Assembly: GCA_030390025.1 (NCBI GenBank) | Contig: CM059434.1 | Location: 99,200,001 to 99,264,000, forward strand | Source: Squalus acanthias | Lineage: Eukaryota | Direction: 5' to 3' | Length of the DNA stretch: 64,000 bases | Shown here: one piece after another, positions 25,891 to 37,460 of the stretch | How positions within the stretch are numbered: the first letter of the stretch is position 1 | Layout of the letters: each line of letters starts with the position of its first letter | Notes under the pieces: generated by a model | Database searches by the model: none | What the model saw: only the letters and a program-made list of their open reading frames with translations | Told to the model about the DNA's origin: nothing | Program-made: the position numbers and the translations under genes

Positions 25891-28222
25891 ACTTTACCAG
25901 CAGCCACATAACTGGCCTACAGTATCAGCCAGTTCAGGTTTCCAAAGGAAATATTGGTTTAGTTTGAACTGCAACCAAGTACAATTTAGATCTATATTTG
26001 CTCCCATTAAATGGTCAGATTGAGCAATACAATTTAAGTAGTCAAAGGGATATTAGTCTTCTCCACAATGCAGCAATTTATTTATCATCCCTTGGCCTCT
26101 GGGAAGAGGGTATATGGGAACATTACCTGAAAAAAAGCACTTTTGCACACTATATGCGCAGCTGGTGGAGAGCTGGTCTCCCTCTATTGACGACACTCCA
26201 CAGTACAAACAAGTCCCATTCTCTTATCTAAATTGCATCAGAGACCCGCAAAATTAAAATGGGAGTCTACCATTCTGCCACTAGGGTAAGGGAACTTGCT
26301 GTAGCAATGTAAATGCAGGGAGTGAGTCCTGCACATTATCGGTCTTCAGGCTTCGCAATTTACCTCCCCATTGTGAATGTAAAAGTGGGAGAGCAGCACA
26401 CAGACATTACTCTCCTGAAACCAGATGCAGTATATCTGTGAAGATAAAAGCACCTTAAGTGTTGGACTTTTGTGAGGTAAAATGTTAGCAGGGTAGATCT
26501 TATAGCATAAGTGATGCAGTAAATGAGCTCAGGCCAGTTATTTAAGGAAAGGGACACTGATGGAAAAACTCAGATTTCCTAGTTGTAAAAGTGACAGGTC
26601 TCTTATTTCAACATCTGCAGAAAATTATCTGTCATGATTCGAGAATAATATTACAAAACAAACAAGGAGCTACAGGAGGATTATTTGGGGTTTCTAGTTA
26701 TAACACTCCCCTCTTTTTGTACAGAAGGACTTTTTCAGTAATGTACATATAATGTGCCATTATTAGTCTAAACTATGTAGACTAATCTCATTTTGTTACA
26801 AGTAAGATGATCCCTGGCCACTGACAAGACACCGTTAAACTGCAACTGGAGACTGTTTTTGTACAAGCCAATGCTGTGTTTCTGCAGCAGGTGGACTGCT
26901 TGCTTTACTTACTTATTTGTTTAAAGATCCCGATAGGATTGTAAGACATGGTCAATTTAAGGAGCAAAATGCCATCCAGTCTTGTGTTCTTTGTCACTTT
27001 CTTCTCAAATCAGTATAGGTTTCAAAAGGGCAAAAGATTAGGGGATGGACAAGAATAGTCCTGTAAAAATAAGCCTGAGGGCTGGATTACATTCCTCAGC
27101 AAGTCTATAGAGCAGCATTTCCAACTCCTGCTAGCTGTACCTGATAGATCATTTGGGTTTGAATTGTTTCGCTATTACCTTCCTGTGAAAATTCCTCCCC
27201 ACCCCTCTGGTTTGACTGCAGCTCGCTAGCACCAATTTGAAAGTGCCACTGGTACTATGGCAACAGCAAAGCTATCCAAAAAGATTCAATCATTTACTCC
27301 TTGGCAACTGCACTGGGCAACTCTGTTCATAAGTAACTTGAGGGCACAATGACTTCAGCTGAACACCAATTCAGTATATGGAATCCAAAACAAAAGCAGC
27401 AATGTGAGACACACCATCTTGCCAAAGAAAAAAAATGAACTCCTTGTCTGATGGCACTTCTAAAAACCAACTGATATTCTCTCTTTGACAGTGCCCATTA
27501 CAGCTTGCAACTGAATGTGCTTTCTCTGTATAACTCCAACAGAAATTATTTAAATTTCTTTTACATTTGTGCCTCATGGGGATCAAGTTCGTCTTGGGCG
27601 GTAGTGAAGCGGCAGCCCATTTTACACGCTGCCTGATTTTTTTTTTTCCCCATTGAAGTCAAACTCAAACTTCTTCCTGCGCTTCACTGAAGCCTGTGGA
27701 TTCTTGCGCTCCACACTTACATCTGCTCCAAATCTGCAGCACAGTCACTGTATCTCAAATATAAGGCGAGATTATTTAATCAGACAAAGGATGAAGAACG
27801 TCCAGCACTTGGCCGTGGAGTTCATGACAGCAACTCCAGAAAGCCACATCAAGCTGGCGGAACTCTTTTCAGCAAGAATTTACTAGGCACTGCAAATGGT
27901 GAATGTGAACCACAAAAGGCGGCTTCCATTGCTGCAGGGGTTTAGCAGCAGCTGTCAATCACCTGTTGTGCTGAGCTAGAGATCAAAACTCAGTGCCCAT
28001 GTAATTTATTAGCTATTGGCCTGCAAACAGACTCTGAGGCCATCAAGACTACATACCTAGGTGAAGGGCGTGTCCTGATTTGGGCTTTCTCCCAACAGTA
28101 CTTGCATTTTGTGCTTACTGCAAAAAGGCACTTCCCACAAGCAGACCAAGTCTCCTATTATCTGAAAGCTGCACCCCTATATCCATCATGAATGGGATAG
28201 TACACTACAGGTTAATAATTAC

Positions 28223-28229
28223 CCCTCAT
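28223..28229 (-). other. Candidate 7-nt microexon ATGAGGG (or terminal exon xEG*)
   Basis: cttttattttcttttgcttatttttcttttctctcttacag|ATGAGGG|gtaatt. Confidence 0.45.
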
Positions 28230-30132
28230 CTGTAAGAGAGAAAAGAAAAATAAGCAAAAGAAAATAAAAGACGACATGACACAAAGTATAAAATGGGTTT
28301 TCAATTAAAATGATTTACTGAACACAAGAGATGAGGATTGCATTTGATTCCATTCAAATGAACCAGTGCAATACAGATTTTGAAATGATCACAGATAGCT
28401 ACAGATGGAAGAGGTGTGAAGTTTTATTGTTCCATGTAGCCTTAAATTCTCTGAAGCACAATAGAAATTATACATTAATGATCTCAGAAAAGACTAGTAT
28501 CCAATTTACTCACCGTTTAATCTTCCTTGCTCAAAAGTGCAAAATGTTCCCGTAGCTATCGGAAGACCTAGCTGCCTGTTGTTGTGGTTCAACTGTACAT
28601 TAAAGAGCCCATGCCACTATGCAAACAACAGCAGAGAGTTCACCAACTGTCCTGACCAACATTCTGCCCTTGCTCTGTGCAAGTTGGCTGTGTTTGCCTC
28701 CAAAAACAACAGTAACTACACGGAGAACTTAAAAGGCACGATAAAAAAGCAAGTTCTTTCTTTCATTGCAAATTGTGGAATCTTGTCATGCCGAACATGG
28801 CTGTTGCGCTTGTGGACTTAACAGCCACTGCATTTCAAAGCAATTCATTGCATGTGAGGTGTTTCACAGATACCTGATAATATACAAGACTTTCATTTTT
28901 TTTTTCCAACTCATCATTTTGAACTTCATGAACTAGCTAAAGAAATGCCGTGTATTACTAGACACGGGAACCAGTAAGCTAGGTATTGCAGGGCTGTTTG
29001 AATGGAATGTATGAAGAGGAGTAACATGAGCTATGTATGGCTGTTAGGCACCACTCCTAAAGGTGGATTTCATGAGAAACTCTGAACTTGGAGAGTCACT
29101 GACTGGGCCCACATTATCTTTCATTTTGTAGTGACATGAATCCCAATTGTAAAGACTTTGGAACATTAGCAGATCCACTAAAACTTAGATCCTAGATAAT
29201 ATTAAAACGAATATCTAATGACAATGAGCAGAAATAACATCAACATTTTTAAAAAGCAAAAGCTAAAGTTTTATCTTAAAATTTGAAGTCTTCTGAAATC
29301 AATGGAACTTCAGTTCTGGGATGGGGATTGATTGCAAGATTGTCACTACTTTGCTGCCTTATATTGAAGATGAGGTAAAAGAACACTACATCAGCAAACT
29401 CATACTGGAGTGCTTGGCATGCAATCCACCCCCCCACCTCCCACATCACCTCAGCACTCCAACATAAAAACTCACTCCAAAGCTCCAGATGTCACACCAT
29501 AATTGAAGGCGGTGTTGGAGGTTAGGTAATAAACTATCCCTGGTTTGACACCATGACTGGCCTCCATTTCACCAGCATGTCTACAAGATGTAAAGGAAGG
29601 AGTTACCCTGAAGTCAACACAATGGTTTCCTCATTCGGTAGCACATTCGATTTTGAAAACCTAAGGCACTGCAGGCCTGTGCAGAATGAGGACACTGGAG
29701 TCACTCTACAGGATTGCGATCTCGAGATCCTACCCCACCCTGCCCCCGATAATACTTCCTGCTCAAATTTACCAAGCTGTGCTTTTCAAATTCACCCGTG
29801 GCTAACCATTCACAGGGTGCTTTATCAATGTGATGAGCTTGTTACTGCACCACTCAGGGAAAGTACAGGCTCTCTTACTACATCCACTGATCCATGTCTC
29901 TCCTCAAAACAATTCAGCCATATAATGCCACCAAATGGATTCCTAATCCCCTCTTGGGTTGCTTTTGTTGCAATCCATTTAATTTACCATTGATACATAA
30001 ACATGTCTCTAGAGTGCTTTTGTTTTATAAGTGACACAAATCTGCATTCTAACAATAATGCTGGTTTCTTCCATTAACATTTTCCTCATTTAAAATGCAG
30101 AACAATGATCTATACTAAAACCTACTTCCCTT

Positions 30133-30518
30133 TCAAATTTCCAAGAGAAAGTTTGAGTCACCATAACAACCTCCATAAAACAGCAGGATATCTATTCCTG
30201 CCACCCAAAATACGCCACTGGAATATCCATAAATGTTGTTCATTAATGAATAAACCCTCTGGAAAGTACTATAACTTCTTCCAACTATTGCTATAAGAGC
30301 AAAAAAAACCCTACACCATATATTGTGAGGAGGGTCAGTCATTTCCTGTGTGCGTGTGTGTGTGTGAACGGTCTGATTCCGACGGAGATAGTTTTCAAGG
30401 TGCAATACGTCAAAAGTTTCACCACTTAATCCACCCCTTATTCTGGGATTAGGCCTGACACTGACACAATTTGAAAGAGAGATCTTGGGCAATGTCATGG
30501 CTGCATTAGCTTTCAATT
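30133..30518 (-). other. Candidate terminal exon (phase 1) encoding xLKANAAMTLPK...FLLEI*
   Basis: ctttctttcatgtttcatttcag|AA TTG, followed by a 128-codon open frame starting right at the acceptor in non-repeat DNA. Confidence 0.4.
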
Positions 30519-31344
30519 CTGAAATGAAACATGAAAGAAAGGGTTACTGTTAAACACAATTAGTTTGACGTGATGGTTAACATTTTAATCCCATTGTCCC
30601 AAAGACAAGAGTTCCAAGTACTTTTGTCTGTAGTCACAGACAGGTCTTGCTGAAGGTCACCAGTATTGATGCACCAAAATAACCTCCATTTCAAATTCTG
30701 ATTATGAGGATGAACTAGAAAATTATAGTAGTCCACTTAAATTCATAATTTGAGTTTTTTTTAAACTATGGCTGGGAAATGGTTTCCAGTAGCGATCGCT
30801 GTTATTTTGTATTCACAGTGGCACTGACAGCTTTCACTTCAGATCATTGAATTAGCCCGAGAAAGGAAAATTTACTGTATTGCAAACGTCCACTTCAAGA
30901 GAGTTTTCAAGAGTTTTCCAGGAGTCATGGATGCCCGGCATCATCCTTTGTCCTAAACGCACACTCTTGCATCTTCTATTTGCAAAATGTGTCATCTTCA
31001 GTTAAGTAAAGCCTATCAGACAATGTGATCGGTTAGTCTAAGTAAAGCTACTGGTGAACAGAGGGGATTAAAGCATTTAACTGTGGGATTTATTTGACCC
31101 AGTAACAGGACTCGGAGTCTACCTAGGCACAGGCACGAAGGGCCAAATGGCCTCCTTCTTTTTGTCAAATTCTATGTAATGCGACTGACACCATAATGTG
31201 GTTGCAGAATGGAGCAAATTTGGAGAAAAGAACTGTGACACTTCCGAGAAAAGTTGCGTTAAAGATGTTAAAGATAAATCTGAAACTTAGAAACAGATTT
31301 CATGCAGCGCTTAATAATTGAGGTGTGGAGTAATCACATAACCA

Positions 31345-32000
31345 AGAGCTCATCAGATGGCTTAGTGGACAAATGCACTGCCCAGCATGATACTGAGCCA
31401 CACAGACTAAGAAAGTCCCAAACTTCAATGATTTTAGCTGTAGCAGCAATAGAGAGGCTACAAATTGCCTCGACATCCCTGAGCTAGGGCGTGGAGGGAA
31501 AAAAAAATCTCATCCAGGTTACTACATAGAAACATAGAAGATAGGAGCAGGAGTAGGCCATTCAGCCCCTCGAGCCTGCTCCGCCATTCAATGAGATCAT
31601 GGCTGATCATCCAAATTCAGTACCCTGTCCCTGCCTTCTCTCCATATCCCTTGATCCCTTTTGTTTTAAGAAATATATCTAACTCCTTATTGAATATATT
31701 TAATGAATTGGCCTCTACTGCCTTCTGTGGTAGAGAATTCCACAGGTTCACCACTCTCTGGGTGAAGAAATTCCTCCTCATCTCAGTCCTGATAGTTGCC
31801 AGTGACCCCTGAGGGAATGGTGCAGGAGTAAACAATGGGCGAGATCACGATTGGGTTCAGCTATGTGGCCCTCTATGGTCAAATAACTTGCCAACACTCA
31901 CTGTCTAGGCTCACATATGAAGAATTGCCACTTGGGAGAGGTGCCAGAGCCTGTGGGACCAGATCGCAGCAGGAGTTTGCACTCAAGAGAAAAGGGGAGA
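31345..32000 (+). mobile_element. Old tRNA-derived SINE interrupted by a CR1 insertion
   Basis: Head GATGGCTTAGTGG...ACTGAGCCACACAGAC and body ACACTCACTGTCTAGGCTCACATATGAAGAATTGCCACTTGG. Related decayed copies occur at about 3290-3830, 20850-21120, 22080-22240, 37660-38000, 50850-51150, 52455-52590, 61440-61780 and 63750-64000. Confidence 0.6.
31524..31790 (-). mobile_element. CR1 LINE 3' end
   Basis: Encodes RTEMRRNFFTQRVVNLWNSLPQKAVEA..FNKELDIFL, a CR1 ORF2 C-terminus. It shares the 3' tail of the HE1 SINEs. Confidence 0.9.
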
Positions 32001-32160
32001 ATACTAGAGATAGTGTTTTAAGAAAGATTCATATGGAAAGGATTTTATTTCAAACTAGGAAAGAACCGTTTCCATAAACTGGATAAAGCTCATCACATCT
32101 GCAGTTTTCATTCAAAACTTTTCAAACTCAAATTCTTGACACTCATTTTCAGGCATTGGT

Positions 32161-32733
32161 GGTACCTCTCAAAGCACTGGAGAGGTACCACCAACGCTGC
32201 CTCCACAAGATCCTGCAAATCCATTGGCAGGATAGGCGCACCAACGTCAGTGTTCTTGCTCAGGCCAACATCCCCAGCATCGAAGCTTTGACCACGCTCG
32301 ATCAGCTCCGATGGACGGGTCACATTGTCCGCATGCCCGATAAGAGACTCCCAAAACAAGCGCTCTACTTGGAGCTCCGGCACGGCAAGAGAGCCCCAGG
32401 TGGGCAGAGGAAACGCTTCAAGGACACCCTCAAAGCCTCCTTGAAAAAGTGTAACATTCCCACCGACACCTGGGAATCCCTGGCCCAAGACCGCACAAAG
32501 TGGAGGAGAAGCATCCGGGAAGGCGCCGAACACCTCGAGTCTCTTCGCCGGGAGCAAGCGGAAGCCAAGCGCAAGGAGCGCACGTCAACCCAAGCACCCC
32601 ACCCACCCGCCGTCTGCCCCACCTGTGACAGAGACTGTAGGTCCTGCATTGGACTCATCAGTCACCTGCAAACTCATTTTTAATGTGGAAGCAAGTCATC
32701 CTCAATTCCGAGGGACTGCCTAAGAAGAAGAAG
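32161..32733 (+). mobile_element. RTE-clade LINE, 5'-truncated 3' end
   Basis: Open frame RYHQRCLHKILQIHWQD...QLRWTGHIVRMPDKRLPKQALY...GGQRKRFKDTLK with a C-terminal CPTC...SH zinc finger. It has an (AAG)n tail and a 6-bp TSD ATTGGT at 32155-32160 and 32734-32739. Confidence 0.92.
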
Positions 32734-33647
32734 ATTGGTACAGAGATTTCTCCAATAAACTAGTGCCATGATTTAGAGTCTCTCTGACACTGGATAGACG
32801 AATAGAAACAAATTCCATATAAAATGTATCTACAGAATATGAATGAGGGAGTTAGACTGCTGTAGTTCAATTGAAGAATTTTGCTAACGTCCTAAAACAG
32901 CAGCATGAGCAGTGCAACCTCGTCTCCCACCCAGGGACTTGTTATCTTATAGATTCTAACAGCTCAGTTTGTTGAATGACCAATCCTCATTGTGCCTGCA
33001 GCAGAACAACAGGAGAAAGGATATAATAATCACATATTTAGAAGATTGACCACAAAGATAATCCTATTATTGGCAAACGTTGCAGTGTAATCCTGCTATA
33101 GTTTTCAGAAGTTTAAAGGATTACAATATATACAGCAGTAGATTCAGATGAATTATACTTAATTACTCTGTAGCATTTTTTGAATCGGGTGATGTTCTGT
33201 GGTGCGGTACCTTTCAGAACCTATCGATGTAATGACATTTCTTTTCTGCAGCGTATGATACATTACATGTGAAGAGTGGCAGATCAAACATGTAGGGTGG
33301 CAGATTAAATGTATCCATAGCAGAAAAAAAGGACAGACAATCTGGAGAGTACAGCTTTTCTCACTGGTTCAAGTAAGCAACCTAAGAATACTGACTTGCT
33401 GAAATAACAGCAAAAGTCCCACAGCAACCGACAGAAAATCAACCACTTGAAATGCTGAAATTTCAAGCAATCCAATTGCTGAACTTATTTCTGAACGTGG
33501 CTCCAGCTGTTAGTTTTATTTCTGACCCAGTTGAATATACAGCCACAAAAATAACATTTACAAGATAACATTATATATTTTTTTAAATAATGCTCCTAAA
33601 TTCTCATACAGTTGCGCCAATTGTATTCCACATTTCTACACTACTGT

Positions 33648-33890
33648 TTCTTTACAGAGTGGTGACAATGTAGAACTCGCTGCCACATGGAGAGGTTGAA
33701 GCAGCTGGCACTGATGCATTTAAGGGGAGGTTTGAGGCACACAAGAGGGAGAAAGGAAGAGAGGGACATGGGGGCATGGCGAGAAGAGTTCATTAGAGTG
33801 GCAGGAGGCTTATGTAGAGTATGAACACCTGCAGAGAGCAGTTGGGCCGAATGGCCTGGTTCTGTGCTGCAGATTCCATGCAATAATTCG
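33648..33890 (+). mobile_element. CR1 LINE 3' end fragment
   Basis: TTCTTTACAGAGTGGTG..., GCATTTAAGGGGAGG and TGGGCCGAATGGCCTG 3' UTR motifs. Confidence 0.65.
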
Positions 33891-34171
33891 ATGTCTCTGG
33901 GAGATTTTAAACTCACTTTTTCTCCTTGCCTGCAGTTTCATTTCTTCATCTGGATATTGTTACCTGTTTATTTGCCTTACAAAAAGTCCAAACCTGGGAC
34001 CCTACTCGTCAGAAGTGCATGATCTTTAAAAGAAGCTTCCTTCTCTCTCATTATTTCTCATTCATATATCATTGTGCTCCTTTGATCCAAACTTCTGTGC
34101 ATGTGCATTTCTCTACTGAAACAACACACTGACAAAACAATGATACTTTGTAGTCTGAAGAGAAACACAAT

Positions 34172-34898
34172 GGGCCAAAAATTAGTGCCGCTACGCGAGA
34201 GTACGCAGTATTCTGTCTCCAATTGCCGGTTTTCTGCATGCACTGCGCATGCGCTGAAAACCGGCACTTGGTGAATGGAAAAGGGGGCGGGTCCTAGGTG
34301 AACCGCGTGCGCGCTACAGGCTGCGCGCACGCTGTGCACTTAGTGGTTTCAACGCGCAGGTAAGTACGGAAGATTCTACACATAAAAAAAGGAGTAAGAC
34401 CCACTTTTAACAAGGTAAGTAGTGAATTAAGTATTATTTCGAATTTTTTTTAACAGGTATATCTTTTTTAGAGACTTTAAAGACAGGTAAGTTTATTTTT
34501 ATAACTTTTTTAAAGATTTTAAATTTTTTCAAAAATTTAATTTTTTATTTAAAATGGTTAATTTATTTAACTATACTTATTTTATTAATGTGATGGTTTT
34601 TTATAAAAAATTAATTGAGGTTTAGCGGTTCTTTTGGGGGGCTATAGTATTCATAACTTTCACAGCACTTATGTGAAAGTTATGAATGGAAGATGGTGTG
34701 CTGCCATTGGCTCTAACTGAGTCACGTGATCCCACAGCTCGCACGAATTAACTACGCCGGTGGGATACGCAAGCCCAGCACAGCAGCTGTCCAGAACATC
34801 AAGTTCGTGCGAGCTGGAACTGAAAAAGCCAACGCGGAGTGAGAGATCGCGGGGAGGTCTTACCCTCGCACGAAGGCTTCCTCACGAATTTTTGGGCC
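34172..34898. mobile_element. Non-autonomous Harbinger-like MITE (~730 bp)
   Basis: Ends are GGGCCAAAATTAGTG and, on the reverse complement, GGCCCAAAAATTCGTG. It has CpG-rich subterminal arms around an AT-rich core, with flanks AAT/ATT. Confidence 0.65.
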
Positions 34899-35545
34899 AT
34901 TACCATTTAAAAACAACTTAGAAAAGTACAACAGAAGAGATCACACACACACAGGCAGGAGCACAACATAGAAAAGAGAAATAGACACATGTTTATTTTT
35001 ATTTTCTCTGAACAAGATCAACTAGTACTTCTAAACATCATCAGAAAGCCATAGAAAACAACTTTCCAGGTGTAATATTAACAGTAGTTGAAACGTTAGC
35101 GATGGGCCAAATGGCCTCCTTTGTGCTGCAATTTCTATGAATCATAAAATTGTTTATTTAAATTATAACCAATGGCTTTCTTTGCTACTTTTTGTGAAAC
35201 CAGATGCAGTAAAACTGCTAACCTATTTTTACATACTGGTTTGTGCTGTAGAGAGTGAATGAGGAATCAGGAATTTGAGAACACAATGTACTCACAGTGA
35301 AGGTCAACATTTTTCATTTTATTTCAACTTACTTCACAAAAAAATGATTTATAAGTTCTTTATATAAAAAAACCCTGCTCTGGCACAGGAAGGTCATTCA
35401 TGCAACAAATCACTATATTTCAACAAAAAGACTCACCTGTAGTTAACAATACTAAGAGCTAAAGTAGACCCTTGCCTCAGGTATCAGTTTTATAAATCTA
35501 TCTGCCAGTTAGTACATAAATCGGTAGAGTCGTCCCAGTTTCTTG

Positions 35546-35955
35546 GCACTGGTGCCTCACAGCGCCAGAGACCCGGGTTCGAATCTGACCTCGGGTGACT
35601 GTCTGTGTGGAGTTTGCACATTCTCCCCGTGTCTGCGTGGGTTTCCTCCGGGTGCTCCGGTTTCCTCCCACTGTCCAAAAATGTGTGGGTTAGGTTGATT
35701 TGGCTATGATAAATTGACCCTTAGTGTTAGGGGGGATTAAATATGTGGGGTTATGGGGATAGGATGGGATATGTTAGGGGGAATTAAATACGTGGGGTTA
35801 CGGGGGTAGGGTGGGATATGTGTACTGTGGGGATTAAAGCAGGGACAGGGTACTGGATTTGGATGATCAGCCATGATCGTATTGAATGGCGGAGCAGGCT
35901 CGACGGGCCGAATGGCCTACTCCTGCTCCTAGATTCTATGTTTCTATGTTTCTAT
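35546..35955 (+). mobile_element. HE1-type V-SINE, slightly 5'-truncated
   Basis: Same head, V-domain and CR1-tail organisation as the 22706-23114 copy, highly similar to it and in the opposite orientation. Confidence 0.88.
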
Positions 35956-36534
35956 ACCATGAGACTGGTCATGTGATTATGATGCAACTTCAGGACTTAA
36001 GTCACAATCACAGCAACAAACTTTGTTCCAGATCAAACTGACTCAACCACTTGACTGATATTCAGTGTACTCGAGGTGCAATATCAAGAAAAATATATAT
36101 ATTTTTTACATTTGATTTTTATACAACAACATTGGAAATGAAGGTAGATCTACTTCAGTGGGGGTCGGAGGAGAGTATTTGGATAACATCTACAAACTGA
36201 TTGACGTCTGTTCACTTTCTTTGTTATCAGAACTCAACTCCTAACAGACTTTCAGGGTGGGTCTAATGCTGAGTTTGTACTGTACTCTGGAAACTAGAAC
36301 ACTTCCTAGTTCTAGTGCAAGCCTGTTTCTAAAGGGCAGCATAACTGGTTCAGATTCTGCCCAGGAGTGCAGGCCAAACTGTTCACTGACAAATCTCCTG
36401 TTCACTTGACCTATACTACAAATTTCCAGTCAAGCAGCAGTATAATAGGTAGCTGGTTTCTGCACCTTACAGGTTTTAACACTGGAACAAATTGATGAAT
36501 GAGATGCAAGCTAAGATAGATATATAAAATCTAT

Positions 36535-36935
36535 ATGTCATAAAAGCAGAAAGATACTGATCCCAGCTCGGTTTTGAAGGTGCCATTTCACCCTGAATTA
36601 ACTACCTTCTCTGGGAGCCTATTCCACACACACCCACTAACCTGCAGGAATATTTTTTTCCAATCTTTAACCTTTTTTGAGGTTTGTGGATTTTGTACTT
36701 TTGTCCTCTAGCCTATACCCATTATCCAAGTTAAATAGCTTACTTACTTCAACCATACCTATATAGCTTTTATTACTTTAAAGACTTGTATCATGTTTCC
36801 CTTCAAGTCTTTGTTCCAGCTTGAGTCTTTCTTCATAACTTAGTCCCCCAAGGCCTGCATATCATCCTGATCACCCTTCTCGAAATACTTTCGAATACAT
36901 TGATATCCTTTAAGGTAGTTTGGCCAAAACTGTAT
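36535..36935 (-). mobile_element. Degenerate CR1 LINE fragment
   Basis: The reverse complement shows decayed RG..K...FF..RV..VWN.LP motifs (e.g. TGTGGAATAGGCTCCCAGAG). Confidence 0.5.
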
Positions 36936-37257
36936 GCCTCTTAAAGGGGAGGCACTTGAATGCATTTCAGTGAGGCTAAGCTTCACTGGAAGGTCGCATA
37001 ATTCCATTGGCCTACTTAAAATAGAACCAGTTGACTGTGATTTGTTATCATAGTTACTTTTCTTACACTTTTGTTTAAAATCCAGTTCGGGTGGGCTAAT
37101 CTCTCCTTGAAATTTTAGTGCTATTGTCCCTTTATGGCTCCCACTGGTCTATTACTGAATAGGACCTGTCCCCATTATCCCTTGAGGGGATGTGCCTGAT
37201 GCATCCCAAGATCGGACTTAGCCCAATAATGCTATTCCCAATAGTCTATCATTGATA

Positions 37258-37460
37258 TAACAACAGAAAATGCTGGAAACACTCAGCAGGCCAGGCAGCA
37301 TCTGTGGAGAGAGAAAGAGTTAGCGTTTCAGGTCTGTGGCGAAGGGTCACAGACCTGAAACGTAAACTCTCTTTCTCTCTCCATGGATGCTGCCTGGCCT
37401 GCTGAGTGTTTCCAGCATTTTCTGTTGTTATTTCAGATTTCCAGCTGCGCAGTATTTTGC
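37258..37460. mobile_element. Penelope-like element terminus as an inverted (fold-back) insertion
   Basis: Near-perfect inverted repeat 37258-37430 (AACAGAAAATGCTGGAAACACTCAGCAGGCCAGGCAGCATC and its complement). 16-bp TSD TAGTCTATCATTGATA at 37242-37257 and 37461-37476. Related decayed copies lie at about 8323-8400 and 43513-43630. Confidence 0.75.
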
